Assembly (NCBI RefSeq): GCF_006345805.1
Contig: NC_043014.1
Coordinates: forward strand, 25,110,001-25,174,000
Direction: 5' to 3'
DNA: 64,000 bases
Source: Octopus sinensis
Taxonomy: Eukaryota
The notes beneath the pieces are model-generated. The model was not told the origin of the DNA, did no database searches, and saw nothing but the letters and a program-made list of their open reading frames with translations. A program made the position numbers and the translations under genes. How positions within the stretch are numbered: position 1 is the stretch's first letter; every line of letters begins with the position of its first letter. Positions 59,359-64,000 of the stretch are shown piece by piece.

Positions 59359-60108
59359 TATATATATATATATGTATATATATATAGGTCTATATATATA
59401 TATGTATATATATATTGTTATATATATATATATGTATATAATATGTATATATATATATATGTTATATATATGTATATATATATATGTATATATATATATA
59501 TGTTATATATATATGTATAATATATATGTACATATATATATATGTATATATAACATATGTTATAATATATCTAGTATATAATATTTGTATATATCTATGT
59601 ATATATATATATGTATATGTATATATGTATATATATAGATATATATGTATTATATTATATATATATATATATTATCATTTATAATATGTTTTATATATAT
59701 AGGTATATATGATATGTATATATATGATATCTATAGATATGTATATAGATATATATTGTATATATATATGTATATATATATGTATATTATATGTATTATA
59801 TATGATATATATGTAATATAATATGTATATATATATGTATATATAGTATATATATATGTATATATATATATATGCTATTATATATAGTACTATGTATATA
59901 TTATATGTAATATATATATGTATATATATATATATAGTATATATATATATAGTATATGTATATATATATATATATTATGTATATGTATATATATATGTAT
60001 ATATATATATTATGTATATGATATATATATATATATATCTATCGTATATGTGTATGTTATTATATCTATATATCTATATGTATAGGTGTATATATATATA
60101 TATATATT

Positions 60109-60148
<40 letters not shown>

Positions 60149-60210
60149 CTATATGTATATGTGTATATATATATATTATATATATATATATATGTATATG
60201 TATCTATATA

Positions 60211-60246
<36 letters not shown>

Positions 60247-60883
60247 ATAGTATATGGTATATAATATATTATATATATAATCTTATATGTATAGGTATAT
60301 ATATATATATAATCTAATGTATATGTATATATATAATATATATTCTATAATTATGTATATATATATACATAGATATATGTATATATATATACATATATAT
60401 ATGTATATATATACTATATAATTCTTTATCTATATATGTATATATATACATATATATCTATATATATATGTATATATATATACATATATATCTATATATA
60501 TATATGTATATATATAATATATAATCTATATATATATGGTATTATATAATACATATATATCTATATTATATATGTAGATATATATATATAATCTATATAT
60601 GTATATTATACATAGCTATCTATATATATATCTATGTATATATATATATCTATATATATATATAAGTATATAATATAATAATATAATTCTATATATTATC
60701 TATGTATATATATATATATATATCTATGTATATATCTATGATATATATATATATATATATCTATGTATATATATATATATATATATATCTATATATATAT
60801 ATATTATATATATATGTATATATATACACATATATCTATATATATATCTATGATATATACTATATATATCTATGTATAATATA

Positions 60884-60950
<67 letters not shown>

Positions 60951-60955
60951 GTATG
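58836..60955. repeat. Giant degenerate (TA)n array (about 2.1 kb)
   Basis: Direct reading. Confidence 0.97.
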
Positions 60956-60961
60956 TATTCT

Positions 60962-62404
60962 GAGCAATCAGTGTGTAGCATCACTCAATTACTTAAGCTG
61001 ATTGGTTGGTTGAGCTGATAGGTTTAGGCATCATGCTTTGTTGAACATGTCAAGAGTCCTGTATCTTAACCCTGGGTGAGGCAGCAATTGTTGTGCTATT
61101 TTTAGAAATGTTGTAAATAGCCTTTGTCAGAGATTTTTATATTTTTATATTTCAATTGTCATCATCATCATTGTCAGCACCTTAATTATTGTTGCTAGTG
61201 GTGATGGTGGTGGCAATAGAACTTTTACCCTAAATAAGATAATTTTCCTGCTGTCTAGGTATTATTATTATTGCTTATTCAGCTTGGGTTTGAATTTATC
61301 AATAAAATTCTTTTCTCTGATTTTCCTCTAGATGTCACTTGGGCTGTGTAATTTGTAGAATGGAAATATTATATATATTTTCCGACCACATGTTGCTAGG
61401 TGGTTACTCAAAGGTATCTGACGGACCTCTGGGTCTCTAATCTGTTGTCGGTGTACATGTGAGCATTCTGATAGTTCATTTCCCGTCTGACCTACATATA
61501 TTTCTTCACAATTTGGGCATTTGATGCAGTAAATTAAATTTCTGCTTTTGCAGTTCATATTCGCGTTTGTGAATATTTTCCTGGTTTTTGTATTTATATA
61601 TTGGCCGGTATGTATGAATTGGCATGTGCCACATCGGCTATCATTGCATTTTGATACAGTGAATGTTTGGTCTTTGTTGCTAATGTCAAAATTTTGCCTT
61701 TGTTAGTAATTTTTTCAAGTTTTTAGGCTGTCTTTTACTAAGAACCATAGCTCGATCCATGATTATGTCTTTTAATTCATTACTTTGGGCAATGATTGGT
61801 AGGTTTGCTTTGGCAATGTTGAAGATATTCTGGTGACATGGGTTGTGTGTCACTATGAATGGTATGACTTGTTCTTGTTTTCCTCTTCCTTTGGTTGTCC
61901 TAAGTTGTTGTATGGGTATTTTTATAGCCCGCTGTATGCCATTTTCTATAAGTTTGAGCAAAAATTCTCTTAATTCTGTTAGGCATTTGTTCATGATATT
62001 TGCATCTTCTATAATGGTACAAATTCTTCTGGCTAGGCAGTATGGGATGTTGCGTTTTGTATGTGGTGGATGGCACGACTTAAAATTTAGGTATTGATGT
62101 GTGTCTGTGTGTTTATAGTATATATATCTGTGGTGATGGTGGTGTCTTTTTTAATTACCATTATATCTAGGAATGGTAATTTGGTACTACTCATCTCCTT
62201 TGTAAATTGAAGTGATGGGTGTAGGTTGTTCAGGAGGATATTGAACTCTTCCAGAGTATTTAGAGATTCTGTCCAGATTATGAAGCAGTTGTCAAGGTAT
62301 CTCTTCCATGCCTTTTCAAAATACTTTCTAAATCCAGTGCCATAGTTTACCTCCACCTCTTGGTAGAGTTGTTGTTCTAAGTATCCCATTACAGAGTTGG
62401 CGTA
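60962..62404 (-). mobile_element. 5'-truncated Penelope-like element, Neptune-type
   Basis: YAN.VMGYLE, WKRYLDNCF, LPFLDIMV, NLIYCIKCPNC..YVGQTG..HRQQI. Confidence 0.88.
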
Positions 62405-62819
62405 AACCTACACCCATCTCTCCAATTTACAAAGGAGATGAGTAGTACCAAATTACCATTCCTTAAGTAATTGAGTGATGCTACACACTGATTGGTCAGA
62501 ATACAGTTTGCAAAACCTAGCAATCTGGAGCCTACCCAGCTGTATTTAAGGCACAGATTCAATCATCTCGCTACAGTCAAAAATTGTGAAGCATGACTGT
62601 CACCACTAGTACATTAACCTGAAGATTGCAGAATTTAATGCATGAAAGTACTAGTTCAATCAGAATGAACATTTAACATTCTACTATTTTATTTTATTCT
62701 ATTATATTATATTATCTTATAATATATCATTATAAGATTGTAAATAAAATATGAAAATCAGACAAGGTTGGAATTCCTTTTATTAATAATATATACATAT
62801 ATATATATATATATATGTG

Positions 62820-62884
<65 letters not shown>

Positions 62885-62919
62885 TATATGTACAAATTTC
62901 TATGTTTTTGCAATTTTGG

Positions 62920-63560
62920 ATGGATATGCCCATAGCTTATAGGCATAAGGGGTCGTTTTATCAATTTTTTTAATGGCTTTCTGAGGTGACTGAGGAAATG
63001 AAAAGATCTTCACAACCACCCTCAGACAGTTTTGAAAGCCCATAGAAAATGTGAGCCTTTTGCGTGAAAAACTGTGGATATGTATAAAGGACACACAGAT
63101 ACACAGGCATTTTGCCGTTTATAGATATAGACATTATCATTATTTTATTACTATTATTAATTTTAATACTCTTTGATCCTTTCAGAGTCGATCAAATAAT
63201 TATCCGTCAATCACTAAATTCGGTAACTTGGATTGTGCTCTCTTGCTCTTGTAAATTGAAATAACTTGTTATATTCAAATAAGATGACTCTGGATTGCTT
63301 AACTCTAAGTGGAGGGAATGAGGAGGTAAAGGAAGTTATCTCCCTTGTCATCTATGCTCATAACTTATGGGCATAAGGAGTCAGTTTATTGATATTTTTA
63401 ATGGCTTTCTGAGGTAACTGGGGAAATGAAAAGATCTTCACAACCTCTCTCAGACAGTTTTGAAAGCCCATAGAAAATGCCAGCCTATTACATGAAAAAC
63501 TGTAGATTTGTATAAAGGACACACAGCTACACAGACATTTTGCCGTTTATAGATATAGAG
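62920..63560 (-). mobile_element. Two tandem Helitron-like 5' segments (62920-63135, 63345-63560)
   Basis: Duplicated ..gaaaagatcttcacaacc..gtataaaggacacacag..ttttgccgtttatagatatag; the second ends as A|TCTCTATATCTATAAACGGC on minus. Confidence 0.6.
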
Positions 63561-63649
63561 ATTTCTAGAATAAGAAATATAAGTAGTTAGTGAAGCAGAT
63601 CGCTCCGTTTTTGTTTGTGTGTGCGTGCGTGTGCTGTAGCCCACAACAA

Positions 63650-63854
63650 GAAAAGCACTTGACTAACACACCACAATGTGAGTTTTCTCTAAATTTTGCT
63701 TAATTGGGGTTGAAATTTTAAAAACTGGACCTGGCACGACCCGATTTATTCTACTCTTAAAAATGCTAGGTAAATTGTAATTGAAGAAATCCTATATTGT
63801 AGATTTCTATAAGAGACAAAGAGAGGCAGATAAAATCTGCCTTTTATAATAAGA
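63650..63854 (-). mobile_element. Helitron-like 5' segment
   Basis: Minus strand starts TCTTATTATAAAAGGCAG directly after the CTAG of the next element. Confidence 0.45.
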
Positions 63855-64000
63855 CTAGCAGTATCGCCCGGCGTTGCTCGGGTTGTAAGGGAAATAACTA
63901 TATAAGCATTTTTAGAGAGTTATAGCCAAAAAATAGCAAAAAAATGCATTAAAAATTGAAAAAAAATTAAGGTAAATTTTTCTTTTAAATCGTTGACACA
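63855..64000 (-). mobile_element. Helitron 3' end (element continues beyond the window)
   Basis: Minus strand CCCG-AGCAACGC-CGGG hairpin (63867-63882), then CTAG|T at 63855-63858. Confidence 0.75.

Overview
AT-rich eukaryotic animal DNA, almost entirely transposable elements and very long degenerate (TA)n microsatellites, with one 100-N gap (40409-40508). The repeat repertoire looks like a coleoid cephalopod, probably Octopus (inference, not verified). No intact host gene is evident; there are only two weak + strand exon candidates (ending at 35638, and 49091-49150). Recognisable elements: four RTE-clade LINEs with a PHD-type finger inside the RT, plus many solo RTE 3' tails; a head-to-tail stack of three Tx1/L1-clade LINEs with (GATA)n and an ORF1-like remnant; three R4/Dong-like RLE-endonuclease copies at (TATG)n; a CR1-clade LINE; three Penelope-like elements (two Neptune-type, one Naiad-type); a full-length mariner; several non-autonomous Helitrons; three tRNA-SINE families; and a Myb/trihelix fragment beside an AT-rich satellite. 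The most notable signal is seven minimal type-I hammerhead-ribozyme-like motifs. Each departs from the canonical catalytic core (U3-A8 covariation, A6U plus an extra purine, A9C, or decayed), and the best-preserved have palindromic, dimer-type stem III. Also notable are repeated tail-to-tail pairs of same-family retroelements around one (TA)n, and a by-eye strand bias of A>G variants in the giant (TA)n arrays. Most ORFs in the supplied track are microsatellite artefacts or antisense frames of TE genes. All identities and boundaries were read by eye.
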